Source: Allocoleopsis franciscana PCC 7113 (GTDB lineage: Bacteria; Cyanobacteriota; Cyanobacteriia; Cyanobacteriales; Coleofasciculaceae). From it: a stretch of 64,000 nucleotides of DNA. Made by a program: the position numbers and the translations under genes. The DNA lies in NCBI RefSeq assembly GCF_000317515.1, contig NC_019738.1, positions 1,617,623 through 1,681,622 on the forward strand, in the 5' to 3' direction. The notes below the pieces were generated by a model that ran no database searches, was not told the origin of the DNA, and was given only the letters and a program-made list of their open reading frames with translations. This document shows, one piece after another, positions 40,122 through 49,960 of the stretch. The number at the start of each line of letters is the position of its first letter. The stretch's first letter is position 1.

Positions 40122-41756
40122 TCAGTTAGATTTTTGGGTGATCAACACCCAGCTAGAGTCGTTGGTTTTACCCACCACTACAGCTGGCTCTAAATGCAAT
40201 CGATCGCGGGTTTTATTGTCCAGTAATAAGTAGAGTGGTTTTTCTTGTTTCCAGTGCTGTTTGATTTCTGAATCAGAGGCTGGAATAACTTCGCGTTCGC
40301 TATAAAACTTCAGAGCAGGACGTTGCCCAGGCAAAGAGGCGTAAATCTTTTGTTGTGCGAGGGTACCCCGTTTGAGGATGGCAGCAACCTCTTTAACCGG
40401 ATAAGCCGCTTCTAATTCCCAACTCCAGTAAGGAGAGGTCATAAAAAGCAGCAGTGAGATATACATCCCCCAAAACAGAATTAGAATAAATTGCAGATCA
40501 CGTCGAGCCACTAGCACCGCCGAGACGCTCATTGTCAAAGCCAAAGAAGCCAAAATGACCGACAAGGAGCGGTCAGTTGTGGGTAAAATAGCGAAGACAA
40601 TGCTACCGGCGATCGCACCTAAACCCATAACAATCAAGCCTATGCTCCAGAGACGGGGATAGGATTGGCGTTTCGGCCCATTCCAGAGTTCCGCCAGATA
40701 AGCTCCACCCGCCAGTGCTAAAGCTGGGTAAACAGGCAAGACATACCAGGACAACTGGTTGACCAATACCAAAATCGCCAAAAGATAAAGGCTAGACCAA
40801 ACGAGTACTAATTTAGCCCAGCCCCAAATCCGATTATCCCAAGCGAGTCGCAACCCGTAAGGCCAGAAAAGTAACCAGGGGACTGAGAATTTTAAGACTT
40901 GGATCAGGTGATACCCAACCAGGTTCTGGGAAGCCGTCGTCGGTGCCCCAAAACTCCCCACAGCAGAGCTGACGAGAGATTTGGAAAGGAACATCTCAGG
41001 GTTAGAACTCAGCCATATCCCACCCCAAGCCAAGCCAGGGGTACTCCCCAAGAGCAAACCGATCCACCAATACCCTGAGGTTAAGAGCCTGGGAGTATCC
41101 CACGCCAGAAACCCGAAGGCAATACCCAAGAGTAAAAGGGTCAGGGGGATACCTTGAGTTAGGCCAATCAACCCTAATCCCATCCCGATACCGACTGACC
41201 AACGGAAGTCACGGCGCGATCGCAGCACACTCCACATCACGAGCATGACAAAGCACAGCGTTGCCCCATCCACACTCGCCAGACGCCCCCAACAGACTAC
41301 GGGTAAAAACGTCAGATAAATTAAGCTCGAAAAAATCGCGCTCTGACGGGAGGGAAAGACTTCTCGTCCAATACTATACAAAAGCGGTACGGACAGGGCG
41401 CTGAGGATTGCACCCGGTAAACGTGTCATCCATTCATTAAAACCACCAATTTTATAAGCTCCCGCAATGAGCAACTCAAGGAGAGACGGCTCTTGCAGAT
41501 AAGGCTTACTTCCCAGCTTGGGATGAAGCCACTGCCAAATCTCTAATGGTGCTTTTGTGATTTCACGAGCTGCCAGGGCAACTGAGCCTTCACCCCCCTC
41601 CAAGAGGGGCGGACTGCCCAAATTAATCCCAAATAAGAGCAGCGCGGCTAAAAGTAATCCTACAATCCACAGTCCTTCAACCCAGCGTTCAGTTTTACGA
41701 CTTCTATTACCTGAACGACCCCAAGTAAAAGTTTGATGATCCATCTCTACCAACAA
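40122..41756 (-). CDS. GT39/ArnT-like (PMT_2) dolichyl-phosphate-mannose-type glycosyltransferase
   Basis: 544 aa. It is a polytopic membrane protein with an N-terminal PMT_2-type region (GEGSVALAAREITKAP..., conserved Asp-containing first loop). Confidence 0.65.
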   Translation of the reverse strand: MLVEMDHQTFTWGRSGNRSRKTERWVEGLWIVGLLLAALLLFGINLGSPPLLEGGEGSVALAAREITKAPLEIWQWLHPKLGSKPYLQEPSLLELLIAGAYKIGGFNEWMTRLPGAILSALSVPLLYSIGREVFPSRQSAIFSSLIYLTFLPVVCWGRLASVDGATLCFVMLVMWSVLRSRRDFRWSVGIGMGLGLIGLTQGIPLTLLLLGIAFGFLAWDTPRLLTSGYWWIGLLLGSTPGLAWGGIWLSSNPEMFLSKSLVSSAVGSFGAPTTASQNLVGYHLIQVLKFSVPWLLFWPYGLRLAWDNRIWGWAKLVLVWSSLYLLAILVLVNQLSWYVLPVYPALALAGGAYLAELWNGPKRQSYPRLWSIGLIVMGLGAIAGSIVFAILPTTDRSLSVILASLALTMSVSAVLVARRDLQFILILFWGMYISLLLFMTSPYWSWELEAAYPVKEVAAILKRGTLAQQKIYASLPGQRPALKFYSEREVIPASDSEIKQHWKQEKPLYLLLDNKTRDRLHLEPAVVVGKTNDSSWVLITQKSN

Positions 41757-43291
41757 TTCAGATTGCTGCTCGTTGCTAATTGCAGTCCTCGTGGCATCCT
41801 ACCCATTGATCGCTCTTTGTCGTTGCTCAAAGCAGCAGTATGCTTTTCCAAGGTAACTTTCCAGTTTTGTAGTACAAGCCTTACCGAATGGTTGAAGGAA
41901 ATTCTTCCGACATTAACTCGTTAAGGGTTTTGTGCGCTATCACACCCCGCTCCGCTAACACAAGCCCCCTAGCCACTCCTGGGAAATCCAGATTGTGGTT
42001 ACTTTTTTGAGTATCGTTGCCGCACCCTTGCAATCCGCATTTAGGAAGGTGCTATTTCAAGGATGTTCCTCTGGTGTTAACGCAGGTTGCCCGGTTGTCT
42101 AATCCTGGAACGATGAAGAGCGTCTTATTTTGATCGAGATCAACTCAAGTCAGTTTTTCCTCGATCATGAACTCTACCTCGAATTGCGTTCTTGTGTGTG
42201 AGAAACATAGGCTAATTTTTACTAATAATCTGATTTTATAGCGAATTGAACACAGGAACAAGAGTGGGGCACGGTCTCCCTCCCTAGACCAGGAGAAGGG
42301 TTTTGAAACCGAACCGTCAAATGCACTACTCTATGAAGGGGTGAAAGAGGAGATCATTGTCCTCAAAGCTCTATCCGATGAGGTATTAATCGTTTAAATT
42401 GAGAGCGATTATGTAAAACACAGCCCTCAAGGCCGTGCAAAAATTAACGCCTCGCCTTCAACGGTGGACACCAGCAAGATTTAGGAGCCAAAGTCTCTTG
42501 GAGAAGACTTTCGCCACTAAACCTAGGTGCTAAAATACCCGGCATGAATCCCAATTTAACTTTTCTTTCAAAATAAAAACCCAAATTTGAAAAATTGTAG
42601 ACAGGCGATGCCATTGAGTTATCTCTCTTCATAAATTTTTACGGAGGCAATCGGTGAAATTAAAGTGAGAATCACACACCCTACAAACACAATTCATTGG
42701 CCTAGGAGGAGAAACACTTTACCAAAACCCTGAATTTACAGAGTGTTCGCTCTTTTTTATGGCAGATTTCAGAGTCACCTGTGTTCTACATCGGCACATC
42801 GCTGCTTTATTGAGCCTAGTGCAACAACAGCCCAGTTTTCTAGATGGAGAGTAAGAACACGCCCCGCCCATCTTCCTACCTGCCTAACAGGAATAAATCC
42901 GGAATAATAAAAACATGAGAACTAAATTGGCAGAATTCATCACACACTAGAAAAAAATCTCTCCATGTCGTCAATAAATCCCTAACCGGAAAATAACTCT
43001 GTAATAAATCCAACTCGTCTATTCAACCAAAACTTGTTCACTGTCTCGCCTTCTTGAGTTCCAGCCCAATGAGAGCGATCTAGGGTGATAAGCTTACCAC
43101 TCCTTCTCTGACCTAGGCCTTATCCATACCTGGATTTGTTGAAAGTAATACCCTGATATGAAGTATCTTGTTCATTTCCAATCGTCAGATTCTAGACCCC
43201 AAATGTTATGGCTTCTAAACCCGCTTTTGCCATTGAATACAGCCAATGAGGCATTTAAATCTGAATTGATCACCTGCGATACTTAACGCAT

Positions 43292-45289
43292 ATGGAAGGA
43301 TCATTTGAACTCACACTACAGATGATCGTGGCTGTTCTTGCCGGGATCAGCGCTCAGGTCATCGCGGAATATCTCAAGGTTCCGAGCATCGTCTTTCTGC
43401 TGATGTTTGGTATGCTCTTGGGGCCAGATGGCTTGGGTGTATTGCACCCCCAGAGCCTGGGAGTCGGTCTGGAAGTGATTGTCGCGCTCTCCGTGGCGGT
43501 CATTCTTTTTGAGGGAGGATTGAACCTGGAACTGCGGGACTTAGGTAAAGTGTCCGGAAGTCTCAGGAACTTAGTCACCCTCGGCACTCTGATCACGTTG
43601 CTGGGGGGTGGCATGGCGGCTCACTGGCTGGGTGAATTTCCCTGGTCAATTGCTTTTCTTTATGCGTCTTTAGTCGTCGTCACAGGTCCTACGGTGATTA
43701 GCCCTCTGCTCAAACATGTACAAGTGGATCGGCAAGTCGCGACGATTCTAGAGGGAGAAGGCGTTTTAATTGACCCCGTGGGAGCCATTCTTGCCGTTGT
43801 CGTGTTAGACACGATTTTAAATGGGGATGCGAGTCCGTCAGAAGCCATTATTGGCTTGAGCTTGCGCCTCGGTATCGGTGCTAGCATCGGCGCGGCGGGA
43901 GGTTGGTTGCTGGGATTGGTTCTTAAACGTGCCAGCTTTATCTCAGAAGAACTGAAAAATCTAGTTGTGCTGGCTGGCATGTGGGGCTTGTTTGGCTTGG
44001 CGCAAATGATTCGATCGGAATCCGGGTTAATGGCTACGGTGGTTTCCGGAATGGTCGTGGGCGCGTCTGCCCTCCCTGAAGAGCGGTTATTGCGGCGGTT
44101 TAAAGGACAATTAACCGTTCTCGGCGTCTCGGTACTCTTCATTCTGCTGTCGGCTGACTTATCCATCGCCAGTATTTTTGCTCTGGGTTGGGGTAGCTTG
44201 TTCACCGTCCTGGTACTCATGTTAGGGGTGCGTCCCATCAGCATCCTCTTGTGTACCTGGAACAGTGGTCTGAACTGGCGACAGAAATTGTTTTTGTCCT
44301 GGATTGCTCCGAGAGGAATTGTCAGTGCGTCTGTTGCGTCCTTGTTTGCCATTCTCTTGACACAACGAGGGATTAATGGTGGTGCTTCGATTAAAGCCCT
44401 GGTCTTTCTCACGATCATGTTGACGGTTTTTTTGCAAGGGCTGACGGCACGCTGGGTCGCCCAGTGGCTGCAACTGAATCAGCACTTTGGTGCAACAGGG
44501 GCTGTGATTATTGGCTGTAATCCGTTAAGCCGTCTAATTGCTCGTTTGTTTCAAGAGCGAGGAGAGTCTGTGGTACTCATCGATACTGACCCCGAAGCCT
44601 GTGCAAAAGCAGAACAAGAAAATCTGCCGGTGATTCAAAGCAGCGGTTTGGATATCAAAGCCTTGGAAGAAGCAGGACTTGACTCAATGGGCACGTTCCT
44701 CGCGATGACAAGTAATGGTGAGGTCAACTCAGTCCTAGCACAACGAGCGGCTGAGGAGTTTCAACCCCCGCGTGTATTAGCCGTATTTCCTCGCGACCCT
44801 CAGGGTAATGCTCCAACGACCCAAGGCAAGGTCAGTCAGGCGTTTATCCCCCAACTTCCGATCAAGGTCTGGAATCAGTACCTAAGTGAGGGGCAAGTCA
44901 AGTTGGGCAAAACGGCATTAAAAGAACCCGGATTTGCGTTTCAGCGGGCACATTTACAAGCCTTAATTCGGTCTGGCGAACTTTTGCCCTTATTGGTGGA
45001 ACGGGGGGAATCGAGTTTTCAAATTGTTCCAGCAACCGATAATTGGCAACCTGGTGATCAAATCATTTACCTACTGCACGACCCCAGACCAAAACTGTTG
45101 AAGCGCTTATCCGGTGCTAGTGCCTCCTCTCGTCTGGCACTCGAAAAATTGCCCGAAGTCGAGGAAGTGCCTATTTCGGCTTCCGTTTCGGGAATGGGGA
45201 TGGCCTCAAAGGGACAGCGGGAAGCGATCGCAGAAATTGTCAAACCGTCTCAACAGGAAGTTCTACAACCGCCAGCACAAGGATTGTAG
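43292..45289 (+). CDS. CPA1/NhaP-type Na+(K+)/H+ antiporter with a C-terminal TrkA-N (RCK) regulatory domain
   Basis: 665 aa. It has a Na_H_exchanger core (LLGPDGLGVL, FEGGLNL) and a C-terminal Rossmann fold (GAVIIGCNPLSRLIARLFQERGESVVLIDTD). Confidence 0.8.
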   Translation: MEGSFELTLQMIVAVLAGISAQVIAEYLKVPSIVFLLMFGMLLGPDGLGVLHPQSLGVGLEVIVALSVAVILFEGGLNLELRDLGKVSGSLRNLVTLGTLITLLGGGMAAHWLGEFPWSIAFLYASLVVVTGPTVISPLLKHVQVDRQVATILEGEGVLIDPVGAILAVVVLDTILNGDASPSEAIIGLSLRLGIGASIGAAGGWLLGLVLKRASFISEELKNLVVLAGMWGLFGLAQMIRSESGLMATVVSGMVVGASALPEERLLRRFKGQLTVLGVSVLFILLSADLSIASIFALGWGSLFTVLVLMLGVRPISILLCTWNSGLNWRQKLFLSWIAPRGIVSASVASLFAILLTQRGINGGASIKALVFLTIMLTVFLQGLTARWVAQWLQLNQHFGATGAVIIGCNPLSRLIARLFQERGESVVLIDTDPEACAKAEQENLPVIQSSGLDIKALEEAGLDSMGTFLAMTSNGEVNSVLAQRAAEEFQPPRVLAVFPRDPQGNAPTTQGKVSQAFIPQLPIKVWNQYLSEGQVKLGKTALKEPGFAFQRAHLQALIRSGELLPLLVERGESSFQIVPATDNWQPGDQIIYLLHDPRPKLLKRLSGASASSRLALEKLPEVEEVPISASVSGMGMASKGQREAIAEIVKPSQQEVLQPPAQGL

Positions 45290-45462
45290 CTTGAAGCGAG
45301 GAAGTCCTATTGGCTGGAGAGATGATGCTCAATCACGGTATTCAAGAACATCTGCAAAAAAGCCCGGTAAAATAACAGTCGGTAATGGTCTTTTGGATTT
45401 TAGATTGTGGATAGACAGTTCAAAACAGGTCATGATCGATCCGTATTCATCAAACTTAACCA

Positions 45463-46191
45463 GTGAATCCCGTACCCGTTGGCACACTCTACGGTATAAG
45501 CGTCGGACCGGGCGATCCGGAACTGATCACCCTCAAAGGACTGCGTCTGTTAAAGCAATCACCTGTATTGGCTTTTCCTGAGGGTATTCAAGGTAAGCCA
45601 GGAGTGGCTCAACAAATTGTCGCTCCATGGCTGGGAAGGGATCAAGTGCAACTCGCCTTGGCCTTTCCTTATGTGCAGGATATGGAGACTCTGACTCAAG
45701 CGTGGCAAATTGCAGCGAAGCAGGTTTGGCATTATCTCCAGTTCGGTCAAGATGTGGCGTTTGTGTGTGAAGGAGATGTCAGTTTTTATAGCACCTTTAC
45801 TTATTTAGCCCAGACGCTGCAACAGCTACATCCTGAAAGTAGGGTGCAGACGGTACCCGGAGTGTGTTCGCCCATGGCGGCAGCGTCAGTTTTAGGCATA
45901 CCCTTAACCGTGAGGCAAGAGCGCCTGGTTGTACTCCCGGCTCTTTATAATGTGGGGGAACTGGAAACAATTTTAGACTGGGCAGATGTCGTGGTACTTA
46001 TGAAAGTCAGTTCAGTCTACCCGGAGGTGTGGGAAGTCCTACGGCGGCATCAGCTATTGGATCATGCTTGTGTGGTAGAACGAGCCACCCTACCAGAGCA
46101 AGTGATTTATGCAGATTTACGCGATCGCCCCACCTTGAAATTGCCCTACTTTTCTCTACTGATCGTAAAAGTTTCTCAATCGCGTCACTAA
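45463..46191 (+). CDS. cobI: Precorrin-2 C20-methyltransferase (CobI/CbiL)
   Basis: 242 aa, with the TP_methylase N-terminus GTLYGISVGPGDPELITLKGLRLL. Confidence 0.8.
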   Translation: MNPVPVGTLYGISVGPGDPELITLKGLRLLKQSPVLAFPEGIQGKPGVAQQIVAPWLGRDQVQLALAFPYVQDMETLTQAWQIAAKQVWHYLQFGQDVAFVCEGDVSFYSTFTYLAQTLQQLHPESRVQTVPGVCSPMAAASVLGIPLTVRQERLVVLPALYNVGELETILDWADVVVLMKVSSVYPEVWEVLRRHQLLDHACVVERATLPEQVIYADLRDRPTLKLPYFSLLIVKVSQSRH

Positions 46192-46372
46192 AGGTGTAGT
46201 CTTTGTTTTGTAGCAATACAACTCAAAAACACGGGACTTAATCGCGCTCTTAAAAGAAGCCGTACTCGACTATCATTAAAAGTCAAACTCGTTATTCTTG
46301 GCGGATACTGCTGTAAACGGATTGAACTAACAAACTGTCTGCAATGACCCAGCGGAGTGAACTGTAACTGCT

Positions 46373-48271
46373 ATGTCTTACGCATCTTCTTCCAAAAGCT
46401 TCCCGGACTTCCTCAAAACTTTACCCCATAAGTTGAGTCAGCCAACAGCTATTGCTGTTATCGCTTCTGTCGGTATTCATGCCGCTCTAGGATTCTCTTT
46501 ACCTTACTTTTCAACTTCTTCCCAGGAAAAGCCCAAGCCGATCCGGAATGTCCAACTGCTGGAATTAAAACCAGAAGAATTGAGCCGTGTCCCTCCGTCT
46601 CCTCTACCTTTAGATCCCCTATCACCCTCGCTCAATCAGCAGCTAACGCCGTTGTCACCCTCTGGGTCTTCCACTTTCCCGTCGCTGCCATCCTTCTCTT
46701 CTAACACTCCGTCTCTTGGGGATTTACCCTCATTTGACCCTCTGCCCTCCCTGGGCGGCTCTGGGAACGTTCCGGGGCGAGCCACTAACCTCGGTAAGCT
46801 AGCCCGTAACAGCCCTGTACGGACTCAGATCAAAAGAAACCCAGGAGAGCCTCCCCTGCCATCGGAGGTGTTTAATAGTCAAGGGGGAAAATCTTCTGCC
46901 AATCCTCAGTTTAAGATTGCTACGGGTTCTAAGATAACGAGTAGCCCGAATCTGCGTCCGGATGTGGGTGGCTTGACCAGAGGACTGCTCCCTGCCAATG
47001 ACAATCTGCCCCTATTAGAGAGGTTCAATTCCAACCAAACCTCTCGGTCATTCCCTCCACCGCCTCCAGCCGGAGCGATCGCCGTTAATCCGGGTGTAAC
47101 AGGGACACCGTTTCAAAATCAAGTCGGAGCCACTCCGTCTATGTCAGCTTTTGGCCAAACAACCCAGGCAACTGCTCCGGCTTCAGGTCAGGGAAGTTTG
47201 ACAAGCGAAACAGCGACTAGGAATTTCAACGCTTTCGTCCAACGTCAAGAAGATTGGAAAAAGCGCCATCAAGTGAGTGGCGAACTGCAAGAACTGCCCC
47301 TAACCGTTGGCAAGTATCCCGAAAAAGCTCGTGCTGCCGGAGTAGACCGTGGCAGCCTTCAGGTTAATTGGATGGTCGATAAAAACGGCAACATCATCGC
47401 CGACAGCCTGGAGATCATTGGGAGTTCTGGAGATGGAGTTTTTGACGAGGAAGCGCTCGCCGCCGTTAGAAAGCTTTCCATTCCAGCCACAGGTCAAGAC
47501 AAGGCTTACACGGTTCGGGTTATATTTTATGACGATAGCGCAGTTCCTGGGAGTGTAACAGGTTCACCCAACTCAACGGATGGGAAAAATTCAGCCGATC
47601 GCCAAAACTTACCGCAGCGACTCACCCCAACCGATCGCCAAAACTCACCGCAGCGACTTAGCCCAGCAGAGCAATTAACTCCTCCTGAACAGCGAAACTC
47701 ACCGGAGTGGTCTACCCCCAGTGAGCGAAAAATCCCATCAGTTCGCCCTAATTCTTCAGAACAGCCCAATCCAACGGAAGGGAAAAACCCAACTGAGCAA
47801 CCCAATTCCTCACAACAACCCAACCCAACGGAGGAGAAAAAACCAACACAGCCGTTAACTCCTCCAAAAGGAGAAAACTCAACAGAACGTTCCACTCCAA
47901 CGGAGCAAATTTCTCCTCCCAAACGGGAAAACTCAACAGAACGCTCCACCCCAACGGAGCAAATTTCTCCTCCCAAACGGGAAAACTCAACAGAACGTTC
48001 CACCCCAACGGAGCAAATTTCTCCTCCCAAACGGGAAAACTCAACAGAACGTTCCACCCCAACGGAGCGAATCTCTCCTCCCAAACGGGAAAACTCAACA
48101 GAACGTTCCACCCCAACGGAGCGAATCTCTCCTCCCAAACGGGAAAACTCAACGGAACCGCGCAGCTCATCGGAATCACAAAATTCTGAAAAGCCTCAAA
48201 AATTACCACAACCGCAAAGTTCCGAAAAGCCTCAACGATTGCCGCAACTGCCCAATTCAGTCAAACCTTAA
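46373..48271 (+). CDS. TonB-like energy-transducer protein with an atypical repetitive C-terminal extension
   Basis: 632 aa. It has an N-terminal transmembrane anchor, a Pro/Ser-rich spacer and a TonB_C-like domain (YPEKARAAGVDRGSLQVNWMVDKNGNI...IIGSSGDGVFDEEALAAVRKLSIP). About 250 aa of S/T/P/E-rich sequence follows, including 18-aa tandem repeats. Confidence 0.65.
   Translation: MSYASSSKSFPDFLKTLPHKLSQPTAIAVIASVGIHAALGFSLPYFSTSSQEKPKPIRNVQLLELKPEELSRVPPSPLPLDPLSPSLNQQLTPLSPSGSSTFPSLPSFSSNTPSLGDLPSFDPLPSLGGSGNVPGRATNLGKLARNSPVRTQIKRNPGEPPLPSEVFNSQGGKSSANPQFKIATGSKITSSPNLRPDVGGLTRGLLPANDNLPLLERFNSNQTSRSFPPPPPAGAIAVNPGVTGTPFQNQVGATPSMSAFGQTTQATAPASGQGSLTSETATRNFNAFVQRQEDWKKRHQVSGELQELPLTVGKYPEKARAAGVDRGSLQVNWMVDKNGNIIADSLEIIGSSGDGVFDEEALAAVRKLSIPATGQDKAYTVRVIFYDDSAVPGSVTGSPNSTDGKNSADRQNLPQRLTPTDRQNSPQRLSPAEQLTPPEQRNSPEWSTPSERKIPSVRPNSSEQPNPTEGKNPTEQPNSSQQPNPTEEKKPTQPLTPPKGENSTERSTPTEQISPPKRENSTERSTPTEQISPPKRENSTERSTPTEQISPPKRENSTERSTPTERISPPKRENSTERSTPTERISPPKRENSTEPRSSSESQNSEKPQKLPQPQSSEKPQRLPQLPNSVKP
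47873..48165 (+). repeat. Five near-perfect 54-bp tandem repeats plus a partial sixth, encoding ENSTERSTPTE(Q/R)ISPPKR, inside the TonB-like CDS
   Basis: The repeats were read directly from the sequence. The copies differ only at 1 to 3 positions (caaatt/cgaatc). Confidence 0.9.
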
Positions 48272-48471
48272 AACAGGGAAATCTTTGCTTGAGCGGAATC
48301 GATCACTTGTCCCCGGCGTGGGTGCTAACCCATCCCTCCCCATTGCGGGGAGGGATCAAGATTTCTTTCGCTCAGATTAGAGAGATTGAGCCGGAGTTTA
48401 TACTAGGCGGGACATTTGACTTTTGTAAGAACTCTAATGATTAGCCTGCTCTCAATGCATCTCACAAAGTA

Positions 48472-48882
48472 TCAATTGAGAGATGGGTTTTTGGGTTGAA
48501 TCTCTAACTCTTGATAGCCAGTACTTTCATCCATGGTTCTAAGAAAGACGAAATCTTCGCTGGTGCCGATGACGATTTCAGCCGTTGTATAGATTATGCA
48601 ACCCTCTAGCAAATGTCCACCGAGGGTTTTACCCTGTCTATTCGATAGAGAAATATGTATATGAATTCCGTGGGTGGAAAGAGTACCGACTAAGGAGACA
48701 ATCTCGAATTGTTGCTTGAAAACTTGAGAGTAATTCTGGCTGGCAAAACGTAGCGTTGCCTGTTTGAGGCTGCCAACACCGGTAAGGATAAAACCAGCTT
48801 GAATATTATTCTGTTGGACGAAATGTATTAGGCTTTGTCTTAGATCTTCATCAGGTTTTAAGCGAATCGCGAAAATATTCAT
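48472..48882 (-). CDS. DUF296 / PPC-domain protein (predicted DNA-binding, PD1-like)
   Basis: 136 aa, with the motif pattern ...FEIVSLVGTLSTHGIHIHISLSNRQGKTLGGHLLEGCIIYTTAEIVI. Confidence 0.5.
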   Translation of the reverse strand: MNIFAIRLKPDEDLRQSLIHFVQQNNIQAGFILTGVGSLKQATLRFASQNYSQVFKQQFEIVSLVGTLSTHGIHIHISLSNRQGKTLGGHLLEGCIIYTTAEIVIGTSEDFVFLRTMDESTGYQELEIQPKNPSLN

Positions 48883-48979
48883 TTTGGGGATTTGGAACCG
48901 CAGATAAACACTAAGACAAAAATTATAAAACCCCCCTGGAGTGAAATGGCTCTAGGGGGAAATCCATCATTAATTTTGG

Positions 48980-49285
48980 TTATTTACCGCTGTAATAAAA
49001 AGCGATTTCTTTGTCTTTTAAAGGGGCAAATTGGGCATTGCTAAGCATTTGATTTAGTTCCTCCTGAGGAATATGTTTCGCCCCAATTCGCACAATTCTA
49101 GAACGCATTGTATTCGATACGCCGCTGCGCTGCCGTCCAGCTTCCAAACCCATGACTTTGTGATAAAGTTCTAGTTTTTCGGCTGGAATCGGAGAACCAT
49201 CAAAGTCAATTCCGTTTGCGATCGCTTCATCAATCGCATCCGCACCTAAGGTTGAGGACGTCGGTATGTTTGTTTCGGTAGACAT
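48980..49285 (-). CDS. Hypothetical protein (101 aa)
   Basis: It is an ORF with an ATG start and no recognised domain. Confidence 0.35.
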   Translation of the reverse strand: MSTETNIPTSSTLGADAIDEAIANGIDFDGSPIPAEKLELYHKVMGLEAGRQRSGVSNTMRSRIVRIGAKHIPQEELNQMLSNAQFAPLKDKEIAFYYSGK

Positions 49286-49424
49286 TGCCGCCTGGGATCA
49301 TGATGTACAAAAGTATTTTAGGAGGAAAACGCTCAAGATTCTGATTAGGCTGCCTTAAGCTCCGCCAAAAGATAGATTTACAGCGTCAAACCTGTGGACT
49401 TAGCTCCTAACCGAACTCCTCGGT

Positions 49425-49838
49425 ATGTATACTTTAAATGTAGAAAACATTCAACCCACAATGACACACGTCCTACTCGTCGATGATGAAGAGGCATTGC
49501 GGGCTAGTCTCAGCTACGCGTTAATTAAAGACGGTTATCAGGTAACAACAGCCGCAGATGGGCAAAGTGCCCTCAAATTGTTTCACAAACAAGTACCGGA
49601 TGTAATCATTTTAGATTTGATGCTACCGGGAATCGATGGCATGGAACTGTGCTGGCGCATCCGTGCCTTCTCGAAAGTGCCGATATTAATGCTAACGGCT
49701 AAAGACCAGCCCATTGACAAAGTTTGGGGATTAGAAGCGGGTGCAGATGACTATATCACCAAACCTTTTAACACACGTGAACTTCTAGCACGGATTAAAG
49801 CGGTCTTACGGAGTCGTGCGGCTGGTCAAAACTCTTAA
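49425..49838 (+). CDS. Single-domain response regulator with an OmpR-type receiver and linker but no DNA-binding domain
   Basis: Receiver motifs are present (HVLLVDDEEALR, DVIILDLMLPGIDG, ILMLTAKD). It ends after the OmpR-like linker LLARIKAVLRSRA. The true start is probably the M of MTHVLL at ~49461. Confidence 0.7.
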   Translation: MYTLNVENIQPTMTHVLLVDDEEALRASLSYALIKDGYQVTTAADGQSALKLFHKQVPDVIILDLMLPGIDGMELCWRIRAFSKVPILMLTAKDQPIDKVWGLEAGADDYITKPFNTRELLARIKAVLRSRAAGQNS

Positions 49839-49960
49839 ATAAGCAACCAGGGATAAGTGGAGAATCGGGAGGAAAGGTGAGTTGTTTTGCCACCTCACAA
49901 AAGTACTGAAGACATTTTAGAAATAATTTCCCCCTTTCCCCTGATGAGGAACAAACTCTA

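Noticed and set aside
42320-42332. 13-mer GAAGGGGTGAAAG shared between 42320 and 55040
   Set aside because: Tens of exact 13-mer coincidences are expected by chance between two strands of 64 kb. There is no extended similarity around either copy.
42444-42632. 62-aa ORF in the 1.5 kb ORF-free region
   Set aside because: It has no Shine-Dalgarno-like context and an arbitrary composition, and it is the only ORF in a 1.5-kb stretch. It is most likely spurious.
47873-48165. Tandem repeat block considered as a possible CRISPR array
   Set aside because: The repeats are contiguous at a 54-bp period with no spacers. They lie in-frame inside a coding sequence, and no cas genes are nearby.
47527-48209. 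Two long antisense ORFs (203 and 153 aa) on the minus strand inside the TonB-like gene
   Set aside because: They lie entirely within the 54-bp tandem-repeat block, and the repetitive sequence keeps alternative frames open. Their proteins are themselves repeat artefacts (GGEIRSVGVERSVEFSRL repeated).
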